From: a virus
Lineage: Duplodnaviria > Caudoviricetes
DNA length: 50,975 bases
Reading direction: 5' to 3' (one strand)
Virus record (IMG/VR): IMGVR_UViG_3300021178_000004
Coordinates: 1-50,975 of that record
Shown here one piece after another: positions 16,590 to 24,778 of the stretch (positions are counted from its first letter, which is position 1; each line of letters opens with the position of its first letter). Under the pieces are notes generated by a model that was not told the DNA's origin, searched no databases, and saw only the letters and a program-made list of their open reading frames with translations. Both the position numbers and the translations under genes were made by a program.

Positions 16590-16782
16590 ACAGAAGCTAA
16601 AAATCAACTATACCATCCAGACACAGGTGAATAAGGTTGAAAAAATCAACAATCTGTGGTATGTTAACTTCTTGGGATCATGGGAGAGCATGAACTTTGG
16701 TGAGGAGAAACCTTGGGAAGAGGGCGCGAGGATCAAGATCACCTTTGAGGAGATAACAGATGATACACTGTCGGATCGATGA
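16573..16782 (+). CDS. hypothetical protein
   Basis: Start refined to MPQETK, SD AGGTG. Confidence 0.6.
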   Translation: MPQETKQKLKINYTIQTQVNKVEKINNLWYVNFLGSWESMNFGEEKPWEEGARIKITFEEITDDTLSDR

Positions 16783-17017
16783 CGAACCGCTCAACAAAGA
16801 TGCTAAGTTTGCCTGTGGAATCGGCTGGCCCCTACCAAAAGGAGATAAGTACTTTTGGTGTGGGGAGGCTTTAGCTGATTATAAAGTGGACTGCCCTGAT
16901 TGTAACCCAGCCGGGCCAAAGCAATTCGGCACGCCTATCTCAGAGCTATCAGGTAGGATCGGTGAACCTGGATACGCTCGCTTCGTACAGATAGCAAGAT
17001 CGTGGGGCTACGAATGA
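16760..17017 (+). CDS. Cys-rich hypothetical protein
   Basis: SD GAGGAG; CPDC motif. Confidence 0.65.
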   Translation: MIHCRIDDEPLNKDAKFACGIGWPLPKGDKYFWCGEALADYKVDCPDCNPAGPKQFGTPISELSGRIGEPGYARFVQIARSWGYE

Positions 17018-17865
17018 CCTCCCTAACCAACCACCAGTCTAACAAATATACCAAGCTCTTGCTTATTGGCGACGCCAAGTCTGGCAAGACCGGATCGCTA
17101 GTCTCGCTTGTTAAGGCTGGTTATAAGCTCCGCATCTTGGATATGGATAACCTTCTAGACGTTCTCAAGTACTTCGTCCAGAACGAATGTCCTCAGCTAA
17201 TCAACAATATCGAATACCGAACCCTTCGTGATAAACGCAAGGCTACGGCGCTGGGCACTGTCATAGACGGAACACCAAAGGCTTTTCCTGATGCAATCAA
17301 GATGCTCGATAACTGGAAGTACACCGAAGCCGATGGAACCGTCGTCGATCTTGGTAAACCAAGCGAATGGGGATCGGATTACATTCTGGTTATCGACTCC
17401 CTGTCTCGTCTCTGTGACGCTGCATACGACTGGCGAGAGCCACTTACTCCCAGAGGAAAGAGTGGTGAGTATGACGCCAGAGCAGTTTACGGCGATGCTC
17501 AAGATGCTATTGAGTCCTTACTTGCGGGACTAACCTCACAGAATTATTGCACTAATATAATCGTTATTGCCCACGTCCAATACATGGAACTCCCCGATAA
17601 GACTACTAAGGGCTTCCCGCAAGGGGTAGGTCAAAAGCTATCACCTAAGATACCGCAATACTTCCCGTCAGTTGTCCTTTACACTAACAAAGGAGGCAAA
17701 CGCACCCTGCAAACCAACTCTTCCCCCCTAATCGACCTCGCGAACCCGAAGCCGTTTGCTATGCAGCCGAGCTATCCCATAGAGACCGGCTTAGCAGACT
17801 TCTTCGCCATCCTTCGCGAGCCGCCTAAGGCAATCCCTCAACTGAAAACGGTGACAAGACGATGA
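17014..17865 (+). CDS. AAA_24 / Sak4-like P-loop ATPase
   Basis: LLLIGDAKSGKT, ILVIDSLS, IIVIAH; lies between nuclease and SSB. Confidence 0.88.
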   Translation: MTSLTNHQSNKYTKLLLIGDAKSGKTGSLVSLVKAGYKLRILDMDNLLDVLKYFVQNECPQLINNIEYRTLRDKRKATALGTVIDGTPKAFPDAIKMLDNWKYTEADGTVVDLGKPSEWGSDYILVIDSLSRLCDAAYDWREPLTPRGKSGEYDARAVYGDAQDAIESLLAGLTSQNYCTNIIVIAHVQYMELPDKTTKGFPQGVGQKLSPKIPQYFPSVVLYTNKGGKRTLQTNSSPLIDLANPKPFAMQPSYPIETGLADFFAILREPPKAIPQLKTVTRR

Positions 17866-18080
17866 TGCATCCCTCAACCTATGAGTATCTAAAGCCAACC
17901 GATGAACAGGTTAAAGCAATGGCCGAGGTTCGTCATGCAGCTAAGGCTTACAGTGAAATCCTTGAAGCTGTATTGCCTGAAGGCCCGGATAAGACCTTCG
18001 TGATCCGAGCCCATCGCTCAAATGCTATGTGGGCGAACGTGGCTATTACGCGGCTTCCTGATGGGACACCAAGACCGTGA
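17862..18080 (+). CDS. Acb2/Tad1-like helical-hairpin protein (candidate immune-signal sponge)
   Basis: Y-x-K-P-x2-EQ...helix...LPEGPDK...helix ending AMWANVAI resembles the Acb2/Tad1 hairpin family pattern. Confidence 0.65.
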   Translation: MMHPSTYEYLKPTDEQVKAMAEVRHAAKAYSEILEAVLPEGPDKTFVIRAHRSNAMWANVAITRLPDGTPRP

Positions 18081-18241
18081 ACCAAAGCAAGCTAACCGAC
18101 CTAAACAACCTCGCCCAAGTCTATCAAACCATCTCAAAAGGAGAAGAGAACCGAGCAGAATCAACAGACGACATCGACAAAGCCTTAAATAAACTCGAAA
18201 CAATGATCCTCGTAGCCGTAAACCAACTGGAGCAACCCTGA
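18077..18241 (+). CDS. small hypothetical protein (54 aa)
   Basis: GTGA coupling; ends 1 nt before the SSB start. Confidence 0.5.
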   Translation: MNQSKLTDLNNLAQVYQTISKGEENRAESTDDIDKALNKLETMILVAVNQLEQP

Positions 18242-18242
18242 C

Positions 18243-18707
18243 ATGGCCGCACCTCAACTCGCATCGATCCTCGATCGCCAAGGCACCGAGATTGAGCGAC
18301 CGAAGCCTTTGCCTGTCGGCACCTACCGAGCTATCGTAGTCGGCGCACCGAAGTTCGACAAGTCCACGAAGAAGGGAACGGACTATGTCGAGTTCACCCT
18401 CAAGTTCACCTCAGCTGAGGAGGACGTGGACGAGGACGATCTCAGACACGCCCTGACGAAGCCTTCGGGCGATACCATTCCCCTCACCGAGAAGACCACC
18501 CGCAACACCTACTACCTCACCGAAGACGCTGCTTGGCGATTGAAGGACTTCCTCAAGCATTGCGGCGTCTACGACGAGGACTCTAGCCTTCGCCAGATGA
18601 TCGCCAACACCCAGAACTGCGAAGTCCTAGTCAGCCTCAAACACACCCCCTCCGACGATGGCGAAGCCCTCTACGCCAACGTCGCCAAGACCGCTGCGGT
18701 CTCGTGA
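18243..18707 (+). CDS. single-stranded DNA-binding protein (DUF669-like)
   Basis: PKPLPVGTY...YYLTEDAAWRLKDFL...YANV pattern; follows the AAA_24 ATPase. Confidence 0.75.
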   Translation: MAAPQLASILDRQGTEIERPKPLPVGTYRAIVVGAPKFDKSTKKGTDYVEFTLKFTSAEEDVDEDDLRHALTKPSGDTIPLTEKTTRNTYYLTEDAAWRLKDFLKHCGVYDEDSSLRQMIANTQNCEVLVSLKHTPSDDGEALYANVAKTAAVS

Positions 18708-18745
18708 TGGCTTGTCGGCCTTAACGTCCCGACCGTAGCGAAACT

Positions 18746-18778
18746 CAGGCAAGCGCAAATGCTTGCCTGCTTCTTCCT
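18746..18778 (+). terminator. hairpin / weak intrinsic terminator
   Basis: CAGGCAAGC-gcaaat-GCTTGCCTG followed by CTTCTT. Confidence 0.55.
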
Positions 18779-18895
18779 GCTGAGCGAGCCTGAAAACAAG
18801 GTCTAGAGCCTGTATGGCATTAGGGCAGTCTCCCCTCTCAGAGCGGTCAGCACCAGACGGTGGCTAAAGGACGGCAGTCGGATGCGTGGATCGCA

Positions 18896-19915
18896 ATGAA
18901 AAACAAATTGATGATTATAGGAGAAAGTTGGGGCGTCGAAGAAGAACGCGAACGCACCGCCTTCGTCGGCTCCACCGGCTGGGAACTAAACAAACTCCTC
19001 GCCGAAGCCGGCATACACCGCGCCGACTGCTACCTGACTAACGTCTTCAATCTCCACCCACCCAGCAACAAGATCGAGGCCTTCTGTGGAACCAAAGCCG
19101 AAGGAATCGCAGGATACCCCGCACTCGTTAAAGGGAAGTATGTTCGAGCCGAGTTTGCCTCCGAACTTGCCAGACTCGGCGGCGAGATACTTGAAGTCAA
19201 TCCCAACCTCATTCTGGCGCTCGGAAATACGGCTATGTGGGGAGTGCTTGGTAAAACTACTATATCTAAACTCAGAGGCACCACTTCCACCTCTAGCCAT
19301 ACAGTTGCTGGCTACAAAGTCCTGCCCACATATCACCCCGCCGCCATCTTCCGGCAATGGGAACTCCGACCCACCCTCGTCATCGACCTAATGAAGGCCG
19401 CAAGGGAGCAAGAGTTCCCGGAGATACGGAGGCCGAAGAGGGAAGTATGGATAGAGCCGACGTTGGAGGATATAGATGAGTTCGACAGACGATATCTCAC
19501 AAGCTGCCAAAGAGTTGCTGTTGACATTGAAACGGCTGGACACGTTATCACGTGTATTGGATTTGCTCCCTCAAAATCGTTGGGAATCGTTATACCTTTC
19601 TCTCACCCGAGACGATTGGGCAATAGCTATTGGCCGACACAGCAGCACGAGTATTCGGCTTGGAAGGCTGTTCGAGCGATTCTCGAACGAAAGACTTTGA
19701 AGAAGGTCTGCCAAAATGGGATGTACGATGTAGCGTTTTTGTGGAGGGCGTATGGAATCAGAACGTATGGCTTTGAAGAAGACACTATGTTGCTACATCA
19801 CAGCTTACAACCTGAGTCACTTAAGGGCTTAGGTTTCCTAGGCTCAATCTACACCGACGAAGGGGCCTGGAAGCAGATAAGGTCGAAGCATGAAACCATT
19901 AAGAGGGACGATTGA
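18896..19915 (+). CDS. family-4 UDG-like domain fused to the N-terminal part of a 3'-5' exonuclease (DNA polymerase subunit A)
   Basis: IIGESWG..FVG..G, YLTNV, LALGNTA, TYHPAA (UDG-4 motifs); ExoI VAVDIET; ExoII QNGMYD. Confidence 0.88.
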   Translation: MKNKLMIIGESWGVEEERERTAFVGSTGWELNKLLAEAGIHRADCYLTNVFNLHPPSNKIEAFCGTKAEGIAGYPALVKGKYVRAEFASELARLGGEILEVNPNLILALGNTAMWGVLGKTTISKLRGTTSTSSHTVAGYKVLPTYHPAAIFRQWELRPTLVIDLMKAAREQEFPEIRRPKREVWIEPTLEDIDEFDRRYLTSCQRVAVDIETAGHVITCIGFAPSKSLGIVIPFSHPRRLGNSYWPTQQHEYSAWKAVRAILERKTLKKVCQNGMYDVAFLWRAYGIRTYGFEEDTMLLHHSLQPESLKGLGFLGSIYTDEGAWKQIRSKHETIKRDD

Positions 19916-21402
19916 GAATCATCCACACCGACACCACCGATCCCAGCGATCTTAAGCCCTGGGAGCGCGACCAAGTCTACAACGGTCTCGACGCTTGTGT
20001 AACCGCGGAGGTCTTAGATGCCTTGCTCCCACAGCTTGATAACCTCACTGAATCAACGTACGCCTTTTCTCGTGCACTTCAAGGCCCGGTGCTCGAGATG
20101 CGACTACGCGGTGTCCTTGTCGATCAGCATCGCAAGGCCGAGGTCATTGAGGAGTACTACCAAAACCTTGACCACCTCGAGCGAAATCTGGAACGAATTG
20201 TGCGAGAAGGAATTGGCTTCTACGGGTTTAACTGGCGTTCTAATGATGATCTCAAAGCTCTTTTCTATGATGAACTTGGAATACCACCAGTTAAATTCCA
20301 AGGTCGAATCACCGTCAACGCCAACGCCTTAGAGAAGATCGCGGACTATCTCCCTGCGAGGCAAATCGTCGCGCATATGCTGGCGATGCGCGATATAGCG
20401 AAGAAGATATCAACGCTTAAAACATCGGTGGATAGAGATGGTCGAATCCGTACCTCGTATAATATTGCCGGAACAAGTACGGGCCGCTTCAGTTCGTCTT
20501 TTAGCGAGTTTGGAACGGGAGGCAATCTACAGAACGTGGAGGAATCTCTCAGGTCAGTCTTCATCGCTGACCCAGGCCAGAAGCTCGCAAAGTTCGACGC
20601 TAAGTCAGGAGAATCTTACTGCGTGGGAGCAATCGAGTGGAACCTTTTCCGTGATGGGAAGTATTTGGATGCCTGCGAGTCAGGCGATCCCCACACGGCC
20701 ACCGCCCGCCTCTGCTGGCCCAAAGAACTCCCTTGGACAGGAGACCTAGATCATGACAAGAAGATCGCTGAAACCCCTTACTATCGCCATTATACTTACC
20801 GGTTTATGTGCAAGAAGCTCGGCCACGGAAGTAATTACCTCGGAAAGGCCTCCACCTTGGCTCAGCAAAGCCGAGTTGATGTGTCCGCGGTTGATAGATT
20901 TCAGATCGCATACTTCAAAGCTTACCCGGGGCATTTGCGCTGGCATGCTTATAAGAGACAAGAGCTTAGGGAGACAGGGCAACTCACCTCCCTTACAGGT
21001 AGGCGTCGTTATTTCTTCGGCCGGAGAGACTCTGATGACACTGTGCGGGAGGCTATGGCCTACGACCCACAATGTTCCCTTGCCGACATCGTCAATAACG
21101 GCATGCTTAGTGTATGGCGCGAACGGGCGGCTACCTTGCTTATGCATGATCACGACGCCCTAACGGTTCAGTATCCAGAAGAGATGGAAGATGAGATCGT
21201 TCCTAATATTCTTGAGCAGTTACGATATCCTCTTGAGCTTGCGGATGGGCGGATTCTAGAAATCCCCTATGATTGTGTGACAGGTTTCAACAAAGGCAAA
21301 TGGGATGAGAAGAAGAACCCAGATGGATTAAAGGAATATGTGCCAGGAGATAAGCGCAAACGCACTCCTCAAGTAGGGCTGCTCGACCGAATAGTAAGGT
21401 AG
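19912..21402 (+). CDS. family A DNA polymerase (ExoIII plus polymerase domain)
   Basis: TTG start overlapping upstream TGA; ExoIII YNGLD; TSTGRFSSS, NLQN, motif A KFDAKSGE, motif B RFMCKKLGHGSNY, motif C HDHDAL. Confidence 0.92.
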   Translation: MRIIHTDTTDPSDLKPWERDQVYNGLDACVTAEVLDALLPQLDNLTESTYAFSRALQGPVLEMRLRGVLVDQHRKAEVIEEYYQNLDHLERNLERIVREGIGFYGFNWRSNDDLKALFYDELGIPPVKFQGRITVNANALEKIADYLPARQIVAHMLAMRDIAKKISTLKTSVDRDGRIRTSYNIAGTSTGRFSSSFSEFGTGGNLQNVEESLRSVFIADPGQKLAKFDAKSGESYCVGAIEWNLFRDGKYLDACESGDPHTATARLCWPKELPWTGDLDHDKKIAETPYYRHYTYRFMCKKLGHGSNYLGKASTLAQQSRVDVSAVDRFQIAYFKAYPGHLRWHAYKRQELRETGQLTSLTGRRRYFFGRRDSDDTVREAMAYDPQCSLADIVNNGMLSVWRERAATLLMHDHDALTVQYPEEMEDEIVPNILEQLRYPLELADGRILEIPYDCVTGFNKGKWDEKKNPDGLKEYVPGDKRKRTPQVGLLDRIVR

Positions 21403-21405
21403 ACC

Positions 21406-21648
21406 ATGCATCCATTCGCATTCAAAAATAAGTCCGGCGGAAACTCTGGTGCCTGGAATGAGGTTCATTCAGGCGGCCATGTCATATACCTCATAGATGG
21501 TCGAACAGGAACATTAGATGAATGCCTTCATGATGGAGATGCATTCGTTACTTGGGATGACGGTAGCTTTGGCACCGTGAAGTGGCATCATTTAGCTCCG
21601 TCATCAAAGGTAAAAGTAATAGGTGATAGATGGGAAGCTATCCTATAA
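21406..21648 (+). CDS. hypothetical protein
   Basis: SD AAGG; between polymerase and helicase. Confidence 0.6.
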   Translation: MHPFAFKNKSGGNSGAWNEVHSGGHVIYLIDGRTGTLDECLHDGDAFVTWDDGSFGTVKWHHLAPSSKVKVIGDRWEAIL

Positions 21649-21658
21649 GGGGAATTAT

Positions 21659-22879
21659 GTGGCTGATAAGTCCAAGAACGGCTCAGATAAGCGAAAGCTA
21701 TCTAGCTGGATCGACTCCTTCCTGGAGTTCACCGATAACCTTGAAACCTCCCCAACCTATCGGCTATGGGCAGCGATAAGCGCTATAGCAGCAACCATGG
21801 AGAGAAAGACATGGCTGTTCGAGAACGATCCATTGTACCCAAATTTGTATGTACTACTTGTTGGAGGGGCTGGAACAGGAAAGACAAGATCAATACGTGC
21901 GGCACGAAACTTTGTAAGGTGTTTGCCAGAGCCTTTACTGGCGCCTACTTCTATGACGATGGCCTCGATGGCGGACATTCTCAATGATTCTAAAAGGATT
22001 ATCGTCCGCCATCCGGAAGCTCCCCTTGAATACAACACCTTGTACATTGCCATTAACGAGCTATCCGCGTTTATGCATGATTACAAGCACGCGGGGGAAC
22101 TCGTGGCAGGTCTTACGGATATATACGATTGCGACCACTACGGGCAGGCTCGTCGTGGTGGGGACTTGCGAATATCCATCGAGAACCCACAGCTGAATAT
22201 TATTGCGGGATCGACCCCCGCTCGGCTCATCAATCTCATCCCCGAATACGCCTGGGAAGACGGCTTCACCTCTCGAATCATCATGATCTACGCCGACGAC
22301 AAGCCCTCGATCGATATCTTCCACTCCGCTATCAAGCTAATGCCAAATGACATGATCCACGACCTCAAGATCATCAACTCTATAATCGGCGAGTTCACTT
22401 GGACTGAAGAGTGGACCGAAGCGATGAACGCTTGGAAGGAATTGAAGTTCAAGCCAGTGCCGAGTCATCCGAAGCTGGAGCATTATTGCACTCGACGATT
22501 CACCCATTTGATGAAGTTGTCGATGATTTCTTCGATCGATCGCTCGAATGATCTCGTTCTCACTAAAGACGACTTCAACCGAGCCATGCTCTGGCTTCTC
22601 CGAGCCGAGGAGCGGATGCCGCTGATATTCTCCGGAGGACAGGGCGGGACCGATAGCAAGGCCATCGATGAGATCGAGCACTTCATCCGAATGGCCGGGC
22701 CTGATGGGGTGAATGAGCAGTCGGTGCTGAACTACGCCCGCAAGCATATCATGTTCGCGACGAACGTCACGAAGGTCTTGGCGCTAATGGAACAATCCGG
22801 CCTTATCAAGATGACGAAGCTAGATAAACGAACCGGGCTCCGGCATTTTATAGCGAACCAGCAAGCTATTGGTGGATAA
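21659..22879 (+). CDS. DUF3987/YfjI-like P-loop ATPase, probable replicative helicase
   Basis: YPNLYVLLVGGAGTGKT, INELSAF, GSTP, GFTSR; GTG start with AAGGGG SD. Confidence 0.75.
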   Translation: MADKSKNGSDKRKLSSWIDSFLEFTDNLETSPTYRLWAAISAIAATMERKTWLFENDPLYPNLYVLLVGGAGTGKTRSIRAARNFVRCLPEPLLAPTSMTMASMADILNDSKRIIVRHPEAPLEYNTLYIAINELSAFMHDYKHAGELVAGLTDIYDCDHYGQARRGGDLRISIENPQLNIIAGSTPARLINLIPEYAWEDGFTSRIIMIYADDKPSIDIFHSAIKLMPNDMIHDLKIINSIIGEFTWTEEWTEAMNAWKELKFKPVPSHPKLEHYCTRRFTHLMKLSMISSIDRSNDLVLTKDDFNRAMLWLLRAEERMPLIFSGGQGGTDSKAIDEIEHFIRMAGPDGVNEQSVLNYARKHIMFATNVTKVLALMEQSGLIKMTKLDKRTGLRHFIANQQAIGG

Positions 22880-23033
22880 TGAAACCAAAAGCATGCCAGC
22901 CGAGCAAGAACAGCAAGATATATAGCAGCCAATTCCAGCCCCAGGCATAGTTCTGGAAGGCACTCACGCGGGTAAGAAGGCCAAAGATCAACACGATGAC
23001 CATCAACACCCAGAATAGTAGACCGATAGGCAT
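22866..23033 (-). CDS. small two-TM membrane protein (55 aa)
   Basis: MPIGLLFWVLMVIVLIFGLL...WNWLLYILLFLLGWHAFGFIIHQ; SD AAGGAG. Confidence 0.7.
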   Translation of the reverse strand: MPIGLLFWVLMVIVLIFGLLTRVSAFQNYAWGWNWLLYILLFLLGWHAFGFIIHQ

Positions 23034-23047
23034 GGTAGGCTCCTTTG

Positions 23048-23719
23048 TTACCTTCCTTTTATATCAGACTGTGATAGACGATCCGAGAGTGCAGCTGAGA
23101 GTTCGGCTATCCGATCGTTAGTGGCCTTAACCAGAGCTAGCGCCTCGGTAGTAGGATCAGTTCCAGCAGCCTTCTTCAAATCAATAATCTCTACTAGCCC
23201 ACTCACTAATCTTCGCGTAGCTTCAAGTTCCGACTGCATCGCTGCTGTCATACTAGAGTTGACCAGCGTGTGGATCACATCGAGCTTCTGATTAGTCGCA
23301 GCCGCAGCCTCGGCTACATTGGCTGTATTTCTTACCAATAAAGTGGCTGCCTCTGCTGCTTTTCCCGCTGCCGCATCTTGACGCTCGACTAATAGCCTTG
23401 CAGCTTCCTTTGCTTGTTCAGCTGCCATCTCAACCCTAGCCGCTACCGCATCTTGCCGATTCCAATCCCGAATCCTGGCCTTCGTAGCAGCAAAGCTATT
23501 ATACATGGCTAGAAAGATCGGTCCTAGAACCCCTGGAGTGGTGATAATTAATGCAAACCAAAGCGGGTCCATCCCTGTAGGCGCAGGGACCTCGGCAGCA
23601 CTGGCTAGGGAAGCGAATATAATGAGGATTAACCCCGCTAAGGTTATACAGACTACCACCTGCTCCGTTAGGCTTAAGTCTACCCACCAGTCCTTCCAGA
23701 ACTTAAACGAATTAGGCAT
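23048..23719 (-). CDS. membrane-anchored coiled-coil protein (lysis-region accessory)
   Basis: Two hydrophobic segments followed by Ala-rich helical region containing DVIHTLVNS. Confidence 0.7.
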   Translation of the reverse strand: MPNSFKFWKDWWVDLSLTEQVVVCITLAGLILIIFASLASAAEVPAPTGMDPLWFALIITTPGVLGPIFLAMYNSFAATKARIRDWNRQDAVAARVEMAAEQAKEAARLLVERQDAAAGKAAEAATLLVRNTANVAEAAAATNQKLDVIHTLVNSSMTAAMQSELEATRRLVSGLVEIIDLKKAAGTDPTTEALALVKATNDRIAELSAALSDRLSQSDIKGR

Positions 23720-23731
23720 CTAGCCCCCTGC

Positions 23732-23759
23732 AAGAGAAAGCCGGGGCATTTGCGCCCCG
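23732..23759 (-). terminator. intrinsic terminator after the OMP gene
   Basis: CGGGGC-gcaaat-GCCCCG followed by GCTTTCTCTT on the minus strand. Confidence 0.7.
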
Positions 23760-23767
23760 TTAGGACC

Positions 23768-24472
23768 TTAGTACTTCAGAGCGAACCCAACCTCAACGCC
23801 AGTCCCGAGCGAAGGACAGGCATTATGAAGCTGGCCAAGGCAGACCGAGTTGGTCGCAGCCTTAGCCGTTACCCAAGTATCGGCCACGACACCATTAGAG
23901 AGGCGATAGAGCATTCCAACTCCACCGCCCCAGGAGACCAGCCACTCCTTGCCAGTCGCGAGGCCAAGCGAGGCCGAGTAGTCTTGCTCATCCACCTGAC
24001 CGTGAAGGTACATTGCTCCAGGAGCACTGGTCACCCCTTTAGGCAGGATCGGAATGCTAGGCACTGCCGGTAAGCTGATTGGCAGTAAGCTCGGCAGCAT
24101 ATCCAGCAGCGGCCCAGGCGACACTGCCACACGCTGGGCAAGATGAACCGGACCGGTCAGCGCCAGCCCATTCTGTGAGCCATTGAGATTGGCCCAATCC
24201 ACCAGCCCTTCGACGAAGAAGAAGCCGTTGCCAGCGAATGGGCAGGTATAGCCGAGTGTCCCGCCAACGTCCCCTTGAACCATCTGCTGACCGACAGGAG
24301 CACCCTGAACGGCAGCAGTTGAGCCAAGGGTATTAATACCGAAGTAGACACCGCAGCCGACAGGGTAGCCAACCGCAGCCGGTGCCTTCATCGCCATCGG
24401 ATTCGGTAGATCAGCCGCCAGCGCCGGGACCATCCACAGCGCCGCAGCTGTAGCCAGAAGTACTTTCTTCAT
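23768..24472 (-). CDS. outer-membrane beta-barrel protein (Rhizobiales Omp25/RopB-like N-terminus)
   Basis: Signal peptide MKKVLLATAAALWMVPALA, then ADLP..KAP; amphipathic beta-strands; C-terminal VGFALKY beta-signal; SD TAGGAGG. Confidence 0.75.
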   Translation of the reverse strand: MKKVLLATAAALWMVPALAADLPNPMAMKAPAAVGYPVGCGVYFGINTLGSTAAVQGAPVGQQMVQGDVGGTLGYTCPFAGNGFFFVEGLVDWANLNGSQNGLALTGPVHLAQRVAVSPGPLLDMLPSLLPISLPAVPSIPILPKGVTSAPGAMYLHGQVDEQDYSASLGLATGKEWLVSWGGGVGMLYRLSNGVVADTWVTAKAATNSVCLGQLHNACPSLGTGVEVGFALKY

Positions 24473-24502
24473 GTCCCCACCTCCTAGTAGTTGGACCATT
24501 AT

Positions 24503-24531
24503 AGTCTACTGAAGGTTGAAGAGGATATCAA
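24503..24531 (-). promoter_or_regulatory. sigma70-like promoter for the OMP gene
   Basis: TTGATA-17nt-TAGACT on the minus strand, with an overlapping TATAAT. Confidence 0.6.
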
Positions 24532-24564
24532 GGCCATGAAGACGATTCTGGCGGGGTGTTGTAT

Positions 24565-24768
24565 TTAAGTCACAGCCAAGGCCGCATCAATCCCGGCCTT
24601 GAGGATTTGCTTCACTACCGCTTCGATTTGAGCCTCATGCGCGGCGATCTGTTGAATCGCTTGGCGTCGAACGAAGACAGGGATTTGAGTCTCTTCGTTG
24701 TTGATCTCGGCGGTGACGATTGGCATGGCTGCTTTGAAGGCAGCGTCGAGTTGAGCTTGGGTAGCCAT
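24565..24768 (-). CDS. hypothetical protein in the lysis cassette
   Basis: SD AAGGAG; follows the holin. Confidence 0.7.
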   Translation of the reverse strand: MATQAQLDAAFKAAMPIVTAEINNEETQIPVFVRRQAIQQIAAHEAQIEAVVKQILKAGIDAALAVT

Positions 24769-24778
24769 GATATCTCCT

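Noticed and set aside
18735-18810. Hammerhead-like words (CGAAAC ... CTGAGCGA)
   Set aside because: Stems I and II and the NUH cleavage triplet cannot be formed consistently
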